Shown piece by piece: positions 9,658-18,442 of a stretch of 64,000 nt of DNA. A program made the position numbers and the translations under genes. Below the pieces are notes generated by a model that ran no database searches, was not told the DNA's origin, and was given only the letters and a program-made list of their open reading frames with translations. The stretch's first letter is position 1. The number at the start of each line of letters is the position of its first letter. The stretch comes from Candidatus Terraquivivens ruidianensis (GTDB lineage: Archaea > Thermoproteota > Nitrososphaeria_A > Caldarchaeales > Wolframiiraptoraceae), in contig JALNLB010000004.1 in assembly GCA_023267885.1 (NCBI GenBank), positions 4,110-68,109 of the forward strand. The letters run 5' to 3'.

Positions 9658-10521
9658 CTACTGAACCTTAGCGGCGGATTGTAGCGAAAGGGCCTCGGCG
9701 TGGGCCTTCCGGAGGAGGTGCTGGATCGTCTCCTTGGTTATGTACGAAGACTGTATGGCAACGGTGAGGGCTTTCATGTAGGCGAGCGCTATGACCTGTG
9801 CTGAGGTTTCTTTGCTCATGTAACCCACGTTCACCGCAAAGTTGAAGGCACTCTTCACCGCCGACTTTATCTCTTGTCTCCATGCGTCCAAATCTATGAA
9901 CAACTCATCGCCGGAGTAAATCCTGCCACCATCGTAGGCCGCATCAACCTTTACTCCCTTTAGCACTGCCTTTATGTTTAGCTTCATGAGAAGACTCGCG
10001 AGGGCTGATGGTATCACGTCGCCCCTCTTCGCCACGAGTGTGTCTTTGGCTACCCAAATACTACCGCCGTCTATCCTTGTCGGTATCTTCATTTTGCCCA
10101 GCTCGCTCAGGATAGGGCCGGGAGGTATGCCGGTGTTGCACTCTGGGATTACAACGTCCACGTCAGCCTTCTCGCCCGCTTTCGCATGCATAAGTATCCT
10201 GTTCTTCTGTAGCACGAGTGCGAGTTTGAACGGCGACATTCTGGTGAAGATCAAACCGATGGGCTTAAGCCTGCCCTCTACGATATTCTTTAGTTCAGGA
10301 ATGCCCGCCTTCTCAGCGGCCTTTACAAAAAGCGTTTTTTTAGTTACCTTAAACATGCTGTCTTGCCTAAGCTTCGCCCTTAGTTCATGCAAAACGTCTG
10401 CCCTCACGTTTGTAAGCTCGAACACAGCAATCGTCGGATACTTCTTTATGTATTCCATGAGCTCGGCTACCTCACGCTCCTTCCAAGCCCTGCCAACTTT
10501 TCTCTTCAGTGCCAACGCCAA
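9658..10521 (-). CDS. rplP0: Ribosomal stalk protein uL10 (P0), lacking an acidic C-terminal tail
   Basis: 287 aa. The N-terminus (AWKEREVAELMEYIKKYPTIAVFELTNVRADVLHELRAKLR) and position after L11-L1 identify P0. It ends ...LRKAHAEALSLQSAAKVQ with no Glu/Asp-rich linker or tail. Confidence 0.9.
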   Translation of the reverse strand: MALALKRKVGRAWKEREVAELMEYIKKYPTIAVFELTNVRADVLHELRAKLRQDSMFKVTKKTLFVKAAEKAGIPELKNIVEGRLKPIGLIFTRMSPFKLALVLQKNRILMHAKAGEKADVDVVIPECNTGIPPGPILSELGKMKIPTRIDGGSIWVAKDTLVAKRGDVIPSALASLLMKLNIKAVLKGVKVDAAYDGGRIYSGDELFIDLDAWRQEIKSAVKSAFNFAVNVGYMSKETSAQVIALAYMKALTVAIQSSYITKETIQHLLRKAHAEALSLQSAAKVQ

Positions 10522-10566
10522 CTTATTTCACCAACCCCTGATGCCCTGAGCTTAATATACTCTCCA

Positions 10567-11268
10567 CTACTTCTCCTCGACTACCACCCTTACTGGCTCC
10601 CCCATGGTTTTCTTGACGTATATGGATGCCACGTTCCTGAACCTTTTTTCCAACCTTTCCACAACCCTCGTGATCACCGTCTCCGCGTTCTCGGCTAACG
10701 CCTTGGATTCCATATCCTCCGTTCCAACCAGACAACCGAGCATCGGTCCCTTTCGTAACCTGATAGTTACGCTTCTCGAATACTTCTCGACTAGCTTCTC
10801 AAGTTCCGTGCCCGGAGGTATGGGTACTGGTGCCTTCCCCCTAGCGCCCAGCGCGGCACCGAGCGCCTTCGCCGCTATGCCCATCATAGATGGGTCGACG
10901 ATAAAGTAGTCGTACTTTCCTGCAAGCTTCTTTGCTAACCTCTTGTTTCCTACTAAGGTCTCGATGTCCTCCTTTCCCATGACCTTGTCTACGAGCTGCA
11001 TCCTTTCTGCTTTAAGCGCCACATCGCCAGAGGCTATCACGCATATCTTCCTCCTCTTTTTTCCAAGACCGTTCGGAAGCTCAATAGTTTCCGTAAACCT
11101 GTTTTCAGGTTTTGTCAAGTCCACGTCTTTTACGTTCACTACGAGTTCGACCGACTGAACAAAGTTCCTACTGGATGAGTTCTTTGCTGCGTCTATAGCC
11201 TCTAGTAGCTTAGACGATAGGGTTCTTAACAAATTAACCACCCAGCATGCTATCGTATCGACCCTCAT
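10567..11268 (-). CDS. rpl1: Ribosomal protein uL1
   Basis: NFVQSVELVVNVKDVDLTKPENRF..IELPNGLGKK..DYFIVDPSMMGIAAKALGAALGARGKAP. The ORF-track start overlaps L11 by 35 nt. An in-frame GTG at 11241 or TTG at 11232 is a more likely start. Confidence 0.9.
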   Translation of the reverse strand: MRVDTIACWVVNLLRTLSSKLLEAIDAAKNSSSRNFVQSVELVVNVKDVDLTKPENRFTETIELPNGLGKKRRKICVIASGDVALKAERMQLVDKVMGKEDIETLVGNKRLAKKLAGKYDYFIVDPSMMGIAAKALGAALGARGKAPVPIPPGTELEKLVEKYSRSVTIRLRKGPMLGCLVGTEDMESKALAENAETVITRVVERLEKRFRNVASIYVKKTMGEPVRVVVEEK

Positions 11269-11716
11269 CTATCTCTTTGAGTATCTGTTTAGGTTCTTTA
11301 CCGTCAACCTTTATTCCCATGCTCACGCACGTGCCAACAACTTGTTTTGAGGCTGCTTTTAAGCTCTTGACGCGTAGGTCGGGCATTTTTACCTTTGCTA
11401 TCTTGACAACAGCATCCATGGAGATGCCACCCACATACTCTTTGCTAGGGTTGCCTGAGCCCTTCTCGACTGCCGCCTCCTTGACTATCAAGGCCGCAAC
11501 AGATGGTGTTCCTACCTTAATCGAAAACTCTTTTGTATCAGTGTTAACCGTCACCTCAACCGGAACACGCATGCCCATGAATTCAGCCGTAGCTTCGTTT
11601 ATCTTCTCCACGACCATCAGCACGTTTAATCCAAGGGGTCCTAAGGATGAACCTATTGGTGGCCCGGCCGTAGCTTTGCCCCCTTCTACGATAAACCTGA
11701 ATTGCTTCTCAGGCAT
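11234..11716 (-). CDS. rpl11: Ribosomal protein uL11
   Basis: 160 aa. VEGGKATAGPPIGSSLGPLGLNV..VTVNTDTKEFSIKVGTPSVAALI..GTCVSMGIKVDGK. Confidence 0.95.
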   Translation of the reverse strand: MPEKQFRFIVEGGKATAGPPIGSSLGPLGLNVLMVVEKINEATAEFMGMRVPVEVTVNTDTKEFSIKVGTPSVAALIVKEAAVEKGSGNPSKEYVGGISMDAVVKIAKVKMPDLRVKSLKAASKQVVGTCVSMGIKVDGKEPKQILKEIDEGRYDSMLGG

Positions 11717-11718
11717 CT

Positions 11719-12192
11719 TTAACTCGCACCCCTCTTTTGAGAAGAGAGAATCCTCACCTGGTCAGCCGATACCGATATCGGTAAAGGAAAAGCTGCCTCG
11801 GATAGCTCGACTGTAACTTCCTTTTTAGCCCTATCCACCCTAATTACTTTGCCCGTTATCCCTTTTAACGGACCGGCGGTTATCTCGACCACGTTACCCT
11901 CTGAAAGCATGTCTATCATCGGTTTCTCGATTAGGTGGTTCGATACTTCTTTAATATCTATCGGCATCACGGGCCTACTCTTGATGTGTCTGATTCCTTG
12001 TATGAGGACGTTCACAATTTCTTTGTTCTTTGCCTCAACGAAGATGTACCCTTTGATATCTGGGAGCGTTAAAATGGAGGCTATGTCAGCATTCTCGCTC
12101 CTTACCCTGCTCTCCAGCATCCTAGCTACATTTCTCTCCTGCCCTACGGTCGTCTTTACCGCAAACAGCCTGTATCTTTCCGTACTGCTCAA
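11719..12192 (-). CDS. spt5: Transcription elongation factor Spt5 (archaeal NusG)
   Basis: 157 aa. NGN domain (LFAVKTTVGQERNVA..KGYIFVEA) plus KOW (GNVVEITAGPLKGITGKVIRVDRAKKEVTVEL). Conserved position upstream of L11. Confidence 0.9.
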   Translation of the reverse strand: MSSTERYRLFAVKTTVGQERNVARMLESRVRSENADIASILTLPDIKGYIFVEAKNKEIVNVLIQGIRHIKSRPVMPIDIKEVSNHLIEKPMIDMLSEGNVVEITAGPLKGITGKVIRVDRAKKEVTVELSEAAFPLPISVSADQVRILSSQKRGAS

Positions 12193-12297
12193 GCTTTAGC
12201 ATCCCCGAGCTTCAGCGATTATGAGCCATTAGCTACCCATTTAACCAAATCGTCCCTAAATATCTACTTTTGCCCACACCCAATACTCATTTGAACG

Positions 12298-12495
12298 TTA
12301 AACCGTCTGGAGAGCGATGGCCACGAACCTTATTATGAAGGCAATCATGCCCAGCACAATTACTCCCAAAAACGTGATTTTTAGCGCTACCGTAAACTCA
12401 GCCTTGCTAGGCTTCTTCGCCACCTTCATGAGCATAGCCACGGATTTTAAGAACTCGATGAATCCCATGACCAGCCTTTCGCCAAATTTCTCCAT
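12298..12495 (-). CDS. secE: Preprotein translocase subunit SecE (Sec61 gamma)
   Basis: 65 aa. VAKKPSKAEFTVALKITFLGVIVLGMIAFIIRFV is a single C-terminal TM helix. Conserved position upstream of spt5. Confidence 0.85.
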   Translation of the reverse strand: MEKFGERLVMGFIEFLKSVAMLMKVAKKPSKAEFTVALKITFLGVIVLGMIAFIIRFVAIALQTV

Positions 12496-13036
12496 CCTGT
12501 ATGATATATCTTTTTTGTCTACCTACGTTGTTAAAAGATTTGTCTGCGTCATAAAGGTAGACCTTGTGTAATTTTCCATCCTCCACAGAAATTATGCTCT
12601 CGATGGCTATTGGCCGCCATCCTGGAATCGGGAAGTCATGGGCCACGAGTTTCGTCCTAGGTTTGATGTAAGATTCAAGCCTCGGTTTCAGGATTTTTAG
12701 GGCATCATGGGTCAAATACAGGGTTATGATGTCTGCTGAGCTAAAGTTAAACTCAAACAGGTCTCCCTTTACTATCTTAAAGTTTTTAATGCCCTTCTCC
12801 AGCAGCTTGTTATAAGCATAACTTGCCAGCCAAGGGTTGGATTCCACGCCGACAACAGAGCTGCCATAGTTGGTGGCCGCCTCTACCAACACCCTTCCAT
12901 CACCACAGCCCAAGTCGACAAGTACTTGTCCCTCTTTCGGCTCTGCAACGTTCAGCATCAACCTAACCACATCAATCGGCGACGGGTAAAACGGTATAGC
13001 GGGATTCTTCTTTCTGGAAGCATACGGATAGGGCAT
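12407..13036 (-). CDS. Class I SAM-dependent methyltransferase (resembles the crenarchaeal aKMT protein-lysine methyltransferase family)
   Basis: 209 aa. FYPSPIDVVRLML..VLVDLGCGDGRVLVEAA..VGVESNP..ADIITLYL..LVAHDFPIPGWRP. The last ~30 codons overlap secE in another frame. Confidence 0.7.
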   Translation of the reverse strand: MPYPYASRKKNPAIPFYPSPIDVVRLMLNVAEPKEGQVLVDLGCGDGRVLVEAATNYGSSVVGVESNPWLASYAYNKLLEKGIKNFKIVKGDLFEFNFSSADIITLYLTHDALKILKPRLESYIKPRTKLVAHDFPIPGWRPIAIESIISVEDGKLHKVYLYDADKSFNNVGRQKRYIIQDGEIWRKAGHGIHRVLKIRGYAHEGGEEA

Positions 13037-13067
13037 GGCCCACCACTTGGAGCAGAATCAGCTTGAA

Positions 13068-14000
13068 TTAAATTTTTCTTCTGTTTTGAAGTAGATGCAA
13101 TAGTAAAGCGGCCTCGGTATGCAACCTGTTGGCAGCCTGTTGCCAGACCAAGGACTTTTTGCCGTCGATTACTGAAGCATCCACCTCTTCTCCTCTATGC
13201 GCAGGCAGGCAGTGCATGAATATCGCGTCCGGTCTTGCCATAGACATCAGCTTCTCCGTCACCTTGTATTCTGGATAGAAAACCTTCATCCTCCTTTCCC
13301 TCTCCTCCTCCTGACCCATGGAAATGAAAACGTCCGTGTAGACGACGTCAGCATCTCTTACTGCCTCCTCTGGTTTTTCCGTCAGCTCTACGGAACCTCC
13401 AGACCTCTTTATCCACTCCTTCGCCTGTGTTATCACTTCTTCCGAAGGTCGATACTCTCGAGGGGAGGCTACGGAGATTCTAGCACCGAGTAACGAGCAG
13501 GCTTGGATAAGGGAATTGCAAACGTTGTTCCCGTCACCAACGTAAGCCACCTTTACTCCGTAGATGTTGCCTTTTACCTCTTTGATCGTCATCATATCAG
13601 CAAGTGCCTGACAAGGATGGAACTTGTCGCTTAAGGCGTTAATTATTGGTACGGAGCTGTGCTTTGCCATCTCAAAAAGAGTTTCGTGTCTATAGACCCT
13701 TGCGACGACAGCATCAACGTAAGCCGACAGGACACGAGCCGTATCGCTCAACGGTTCTCCTCTGCTCAGCTGCATCTCACCGATGCTAAGCGGTATGCTC
13801 TCGCCACCAAGCTTTGCTATAGCAACGTGGAAGGATACCTTGGTCCTCGTAGAGGGCTTTTCGAAAATCAAGGCTATAGACTTGCCAGAGAGCGGTTTGG
13901 TGTCGGGATATCCTTTTTTCTTAAAGGTTATGGCCATATCTATCATATGCAAGATTTCTTCTGAGGTGTATCCTCCGAAATCCAAGAAATGTCTGGTCAT
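13068..14000 (-). CDS. argF: Ornithine carbamoyltransferase
   Basis: 310 aa. FEKPSTRTKVSF, HPCQALADMMTI, DVFISMGQE and FMHCLPAHRGEEV are OTCase-type motifs. Confidence 0.9.
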   Translation of the reverse strand: MTRHFLDFGGYTSEEILHMIDMAITFKKKGYPDTKPLSGKSIALIFEKPSTRTKVSFHVAIAKLGGESIPLSIGEMQLSRGEPLSDTARVLSAYVDAVVARVYRHETLFEMAKHSSVPIINALSDKFHPCQALADMMTIKEVKGNIYGVKVAYVGDGNNVCNSLIQACSLLGARISVASPREYRPSEEVITQAKEWIKRSGGSVELTEKPEEAVRDADVVYTDVFISMGQEEERERRMKVFYPEYKVTEKLMSMARPDAIFMHCLPAHRGEEVDASVIDGKKSLVWQQAANRLHTEAALLLHLLQNRRKI

Positions 14001-14141
14001 ACCTAAGACCGTATCAAAATAATAGATATTTAAATGTGCTAGCGCATAGCACTCGGTAACCTTTATCTTAGCTATCGCCTATAACAAAAACACAGTCCAG
14101 AGGGGGCGAGCCTCATATTCGTTAATAACGAAGAGAGGACA

Positions 14142-15950
14142 TTGGATATGGTACTAGAGGCTTTAGCATCAACTATAAGGATTGAGATGGTAAGGCAGCT
14201 CTCGAAGCATGATATGAACTACACGGAGTTGATACGCTCCGTAGGCATGAACCCTCAGAAGGACGCAGGAAAGTTTTCTTACCATCTAAAGAAGCTACTC
14301 AGCTCAAAGCTCATAAGAATTAACGAAAAGACAAAGCTTTACGAGCTCTCACATACTGGCAGAATGATGCTGGAGTTAATCGAGCAGGCAAGGAGGAAGT
14401 TAGCAGGCTCGGACCTGCTTATCGTTAGACGTAGCGAGTGTTCGATAGAGCCTTTCGATAAGAATAAGATAGTGAATGCTCTGGTTAAAGAGGCAGGTAT
14501 GCCAGCAAAGCTTGCTCATAAGGTTGCATCCAGCGTGGAAGAAAAACTTCTAGACCTTAAAATAGAGTACCTCTCCGCACCCTTGATCAGGGAGCTTGTA
14601 AATTCTGTTTTGATAGACCAAGGGTTGGAGAAGTATAGGCACAAGCTGACAAGGGTTGGAATGCCGCTTTATGATGTAGCCCAGACGATCAAGAGCGCCT
14701 CAAAACAGGGCGGGGCCAACGTCGTTATGAAGATGGCGGCAAACTCTGTTTTGAAGGAGTACGTATTGCTTGATATATTGCCAAGAAATGTAGCCGATAT
14801 GTACCTTTCTGGGACGGTAGATATCTACTCGCTGGAATCGTGGGCCACGTCGGTTTATGCTAAAGCATACGATGCCAATATGCTAAATAAAGCCGATGAT
14901 ACGGACATTTACGAGGCGTTAGTAACAAATTTCATAAAAGACGCATTTATGGTAGAAAAAGAGTTTCTTCTGTATAATCTCAACGATGTTGTAGCAGGCA
15001 AAAAACTATTGAAGCAATTCGCATCAGCACTCATGAAATTTTCTTCCATGAGCGTGCTTGAAGGGCATAAGTTTGTGCTTAACGTTGTTGATAATTTAGA
15101 ACACGTAGAAGATTTGGTGGAGGTTTTTGCTAAGTATCAGAAAGATAACATCCCCCTTGTGGTAAACAAAGATTTACTCGAGAAGGTACTTCCCCGTTAT
15201 ATTTCTGGGGATGGGAGCGAAGTAATATTCGCAACGACCTCCGACTCGGAAATTTTAGCGAGTAGCGGATACAAAGTCTCTATCAAGAGGTCGGAAAATG
15301 TTGAGAACTTTCTATGCGGTGTAGCTACGGTGAACATGCCAAGGTTGGCGCTGTACTCTGCAGGCAATGAGGAAGAGTTTATGGAGTCTGTAAGAAGAAC
15401 GATGTTACTCCTAATAACGGCTTTCATCAAGAAGATGAACTTAACGAACGTGCTTTACGGGAACGTAAACATCAGGCATCAGTTCATCGTATCACCATGT
15501 GGCATGTTCGAGGCCATAAAATGTTTAACGGGAAACTATCCGACCCCCAACTCTTCGGATATTTTGTTGAACGTGCTGAGGGATATGGTCAAGCTATCCT
15601 CAAAGGGCTCCAAAAAAGACCTTCAGATAAAAGTGGCCAACACCTGTCCACCACCATCCTCTTGGAGAATGGTAAAGTCTGACATCGAGAAGTTTGGCTT
15701 TAAAACAATATCAAGCCTATCCCTTTACCCCGGCACGTCTAGCATTACATACTCAAACACCATCGTACCTTACGATGCAAAAATACCACAGGAAGATAGG
15801 TTACAACTCGAGGCGAAAGTCGCCAATGTTTTGAATGGAGGCTACGCAGTATTATTGCCTAAACCTTCAAAGGACAGGGACGTCCAAGAAATTGTTAGCC
15901 TCGCTAAGAGGTACCTGGAGCTTGGTGGAGATTCCTTAAAGTTTATTTAG
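14142..15950 (+). CDS. wHTH (ArsR-like) + ATP-cone + NrdD-like (class III RNR-like) protein lacking the glycyl-radical C-terminus
   Basis: 602 aa. N-terminal wHTH (LSKHDMNYTELIRSVGMNPQKDAGKFSYHLKKLLSSKLI). ATP-cone (IVRRSECSIEPFDKNKIVNALVKEAGMP...LSAPLIRELVNSVLIDQGLEKYRHKL). NrdD-like stretches (MYLSGTVDIYSLE, GVATVNMPRLALYS, SPCGMFEAIKCLTG, ITYSNTIVPYD). No RVCGY-type glycine-radical or Zn-ribbon end. Confidence 0.6.
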   Translation: MDMVLEALASTIRIEMVRQLSKHDMNYTELIRSVGMNPQKDAGKFSYHLKKLLSSKLIRINEKTKLYELSHTGRMMLELIEQARRKLAGSDLLIVRRSECSIEPFDKNKIVNALVKEAGMPAKLAHKVASSVEEKLLDLKIEYLSAPLIRELVNSVLIDQGLEKYRHKLTRVGMPLYDVAQTIKSASKQGGANVVMKMAANSVLKEYVLLDILPRNVADMYLSGTVDIYSLESWATSVYAKAYDANMLNKADDTDIYEALVTNFIKDAFMVEKEFLLYNLNDVVAGKKLLKQFASALMKFSSMSVLEGHKFVLNVVDNLEHVEDLVEVFAKYQKDNIPLVVNKDLLEKVLPRYISGDGSEVIFATTSDSEILASSGYKVSIKRSENVENFLCGVATVNMPRLALYSAGNEEEFMESVRRTMLLLITAFIKKMNLTNVLYGNVNIRHQFIVSPCGMFEAIKCLTGNYPTPNSSDILLNVLRDMVKLSSKGSKKDLQIKVANTCPPPSSWRMVKSDIEKFGFKTISSLSLYPGTSSITYSNTIVPYDAKIPQEDRLQLEAKVANVLNGGYAVLLPKPSKDRDVQEIVSLAKRYLELGGDSLKFI

Positions 15951-16317
15951 ACTTTAGCAAAAGGATAGCCTTCGCCAAGTCCCCGCCGACTTCTAAAAGA
16001 GCCTTCTTCGCTTCCTCTTCCGATACACCTGCTTGAAGTGCCACCACGGCGATGTCTTCGGGTGAGGGTTCGTAAGCGGGTGGTTTGGTCTCGCTCACTA
16101 CGGCCTTCTGCTCAGAAACTTCGCCGCCTATGATCTGATAGACCTTCTCGCCGCCAACCTGCAAAACCACGACGGTTGGGTCTTTTATCACAACATCCTT
16201 ATCGGGTAGACGGATTAGCACCTCCTTAGCCACGTTTTGCTCCGTTACGTCAAGGCCTAGGCTGCCGAGTAGCTTTGACTGCATTCTTCTAAGCTCACGC
16301 GAGCTTATCTTTTTCAT
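15943..16317 (-). CDS. nac: Nascent polypeptide-associated complex protein (NAC domain + UBA)
   Basis: 124 aa. RELRRMQSKL..VKEVLIRLPDKDVVIKDPTVVVLQVGGEKVYQI and a C-terminal UBA-like stretch (VSEEEAKKALLEVGGDLAKAILLL). Confidence 0.85.
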   Translation of the reverse strand: MKKISSRELRRMQSKLLGSLGLDVTEQNVAKEVLIRLPDKDVVIKDPTVVVLQVGGEKVYQIIGGEVSEQKAVVSETKPPAYEPSPEDIAVVALQAGVSEEEAKKALLEVGGDLAKAILLLKSK

Positions 16318-16775
16318 AGAACCCCGCCCCTAACCTTTCTAACCTTCACGGCCAGACCTCGCTTAAACTTACCCATCTCACAACCACTCATTACGGCTTT
16401 ACCCACGGCCAATAAATCACCTTTATTGTTTTCTATGAGAACCTCCTCTCCGGGTAAAATGCTTGGGTCAGCTTCTACTATGTGCTTAGAAAATAAGGAT
16501 TTCCCCTCGGTAATGAATCTGGCAGCCTCGTCGGAAGCAACGACCCTAAACCTACCGGTCGGTAACAGTACCCTCAGCCTCATAGCGCCCTCAACCGTCA
16601 ACGCTATCGAGCCGTCGTTGCCCCTTATCGTCGCCAAGACATTGCCGTTTAAATAGACCCTTTTCGGCTTGCCCGTACGTTTCGAGACCTCAACTACAGA
16701 GTCGTCTGGGAAAAGCCGCTCGCCCACGTCCATTCCGAATTGATAGTTGGAAATCGCCCTAACGATGTCTAACAA
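16314..16775 (-). CDS. PUA domain RNA-binding protein
   Basis: 153 aa. C-terminal PUA pattern (ILPGEEVLIENNKGDLLAVGKAVMSGCEMGKFKRGLAVKVRKV). ATGA overlap with nac. Confidence 0.7.
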   Translation of the reverse strand: MLDIVRAISNYQFGMDVGERLFPDDSVVEVSKRTGKPKRVYLNGNVLATIRGNDGSIALTVEGAMRLRVLLPTGRFRVVASDEAARFITEGKSLFSKHIVEADPSILPGEEVLIENNKGDLLAVGKAVMSGCEMGKFKRGLAVKVRKVRGGVL

Positions 16776-16776
16776 C

Positions 16777-18030
16777 TCAGCTACCCTCTACCTTAAACGA
16801 TCTAACCAAGCCGAGCCTCTTCAGTTTTTCGGCTAAGTAATAGGGCGCCTCAATCCTCAACTCTATAAAGCCGTCGTTATATTTCAGCTCTAAGATATTT
16901 GACTTCTCACGAATCTCTGATAGAACTTTTGCGGAACCCTCATCGCTTCCATCTATCTCGGCCGTTGCAATCACGTAACCTCCCATCATCGAAGCTACCT
17001 GTTGTTCCAATAGGTCTAGGTTGGTGCGGTACAAGGCCGAGGTTGTTACATACGGTAGCGCCAGACCGAGCCTTTCAACCTTCTTTTCACCATCGTTTAC
17101 GAGGTCCATTTTGTTCAATACGACAAGCGTCGGTATGGAGTGAGCACCTATCAAGCCTAAGGTCTCCAACGAATATGCGAGCTTCTCCCTGATTATCTCT
17201 ACGGGCTCTGAGAAATCTGCGACTAAAAGTATAAGGTCTGAGAACAGTATCTCGCTCAGCGTGGAGTGGAATGCATCGATGAGCATCGGCGGTAAGTTCT
17301 TGATGAACCCTACGGTGTCGGATAGGAATGCGCTCCTGCCCCTTATCTTGACGAGCCTGATGGTTGTAGAAAGGGTTGTGAATAGCTTGTCGTCAACGGG
17401 CACGCTCTCGGATGCTAGCGCGTTGAAGAGCGTTGACTTGCCCGCGTTAGTATAACCAACGAGCGATATCGTCGGGATTCCGTACTTCTCCCTTCTGAGC
17501 CTGAATAACTCCCGCCTTTTCTTTATGCTGATCAGCTTCTTGGTTAGCGTGTGTATTCTTCTGTTGACCTCGTTGTAATAAACATCAGCCTCGTAAGCAC
17601 CGAGCCCATGAAAGCCTGGCTGCTCGCCCATCTTAGCAAGCCGAACTTTCTCCCTAGCCCTTGAGAGCTCATATTTCAGCTCCGCTAGCTTGATTTGCAG
17701 CTTAGCTTCCTTCGAGGAGGCATGAAGGGAAAATATCTCCAGTATTAGCTGAGCTCTCGACATGACGGGAACACCGAGGGCCTTCGCCAAGTTATACTCC
17801 TGAACTGTCTTAACGTCGTTCTCGAAAATTACCTTCTCTATATTCAATCTCTTAACCGCATCCTTCAGCTCCGTCACCTTTCCGGGTCCGATGTTGTATT
17901 TTGGATGCGGATAACGGCGTTGCACGAGCTCGTATGCCACCTCATAACCCGCAGTCAAACATAGCTCTCTAAGCTCATCTAAGTTCGGCCTCTCGTCGGG
18001 ATGTAGGCGATGAACTATCGCTACCCTCAA
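16777..18030 (-). CDS. hflX: GTPase HflX
   Basis: 417 aa. HflX N-domain with coiled linker (LQIKLAELKYELSRAREK), then G-domain GYTNAGKSTLFNAL, DTVGF and NKMD. Confidence 0.9.
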   Translation of the reverse strand: MRVAIVHRLHPDERPNLDELRELCLTAGYEVAYELVQRRYPHPKYNIGPGKVTELKDAVKRLNIEKVIFENDVKTVQEYNLAKALGVPVMSRAQLILEIFSLHASSKEAKLQIKLAELKYELSRAREKVRLAKMGEQPGFHGLGAYEADVYYNEVNRRIHTLTKKLISIKKRRELFRLRREKYGIPTISLVGYTNAGKSTLFNALASESVPVDDKLFTTLSTTIRLVKIRGRSAFLSDTVGFIKNLPPMLIDAFHSTLSEILFSDLILLVADFSEPVEIIREKLAYSLETLGLIGAHSIPTLVVLNKMDLVNDGEKKVERLGLALPYVTTSALYRTNLDLLEQQVASMMGGYVIATAEIDGSDEGSAKVLSEIREKSNILELKYNDGFIELRIEAPYYLAEKLKRLGLVRSFKVEGS

Positions 18031-18061
18031 GGACTGATATAAAATGCTTTGATGAGTTATA

Positions 18062-18442
18062 TCAACCTTCCTTTTCTTCCATTCTAAGCTTTTTCATAGC
18101 ATCCCCCAGCGTATATCCGCTTGGCCGTGGTTTACTGAGAAACGGTTCGTACGAATAATCCTCTGTCGTCTCCTCTACTATCTGTATCTTCAAAAACTTT
18201 TCTATCTTCCTAGCAAGCTCGATGGGAGGCTTGACCTCCCCCTGTTCGATCTTTTTGATGAGCGTTACTTTCTCGTTTAGTTGCGCAGCAAGCTCCTCCT
18301 GCGACAGCCCCATGCGCTCCCTAGCATTCTTTATCCTTACATGGAAACCCTCCGCATAATCGATCTCTTCTATCGGCATGAAGATTTTCTTCGATGCCGT
18401 ACCCTTCTTAAGTTCAGCTTTTTTCGGGTTATTAGAAGGCAT
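18062..18442 (-). CDS. MBF1-type HTH (XRE family) protein without an N-terminal zinc ribbon
   Basis: 126 aa. HTH (IKNARERMGLSQEELAAQLNEKVTLIKKIEQGEVKP) and a C-terminal TLGD motif like the conserved archaeal MBF1 TxGD. The protein contains no cysteines. Confidence 0.65.
   Translation of the reverse strand: MPSNNPKKAELKKGTASKKIFMPIEEIDYAEGFHVRIKNARERMGLSQEELAAQLNEKVTLIKKIEQGEVKPPIELARKIEKFLKIQIVEETTEDYSYEPFLSKPRPSGYTLGDAMKKLRMEEKEG

Noticed and set aside
9610-9660. Genome-wide TAG recoding (for example pyrrolysine) as an explanation for the tail-like peptide after the P0 stop.
   Set aside because: TAG is used as an ordinary stop by several well-delimited genes in this window (nucleotidyltransferase 368, dph5 2641, GcvH-like 63220, paralogues B and C). 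No pyl genes are seen. Only a local readthrough or an error would be conceivable, so this is kept as a low-weight remark in the P0 finding.
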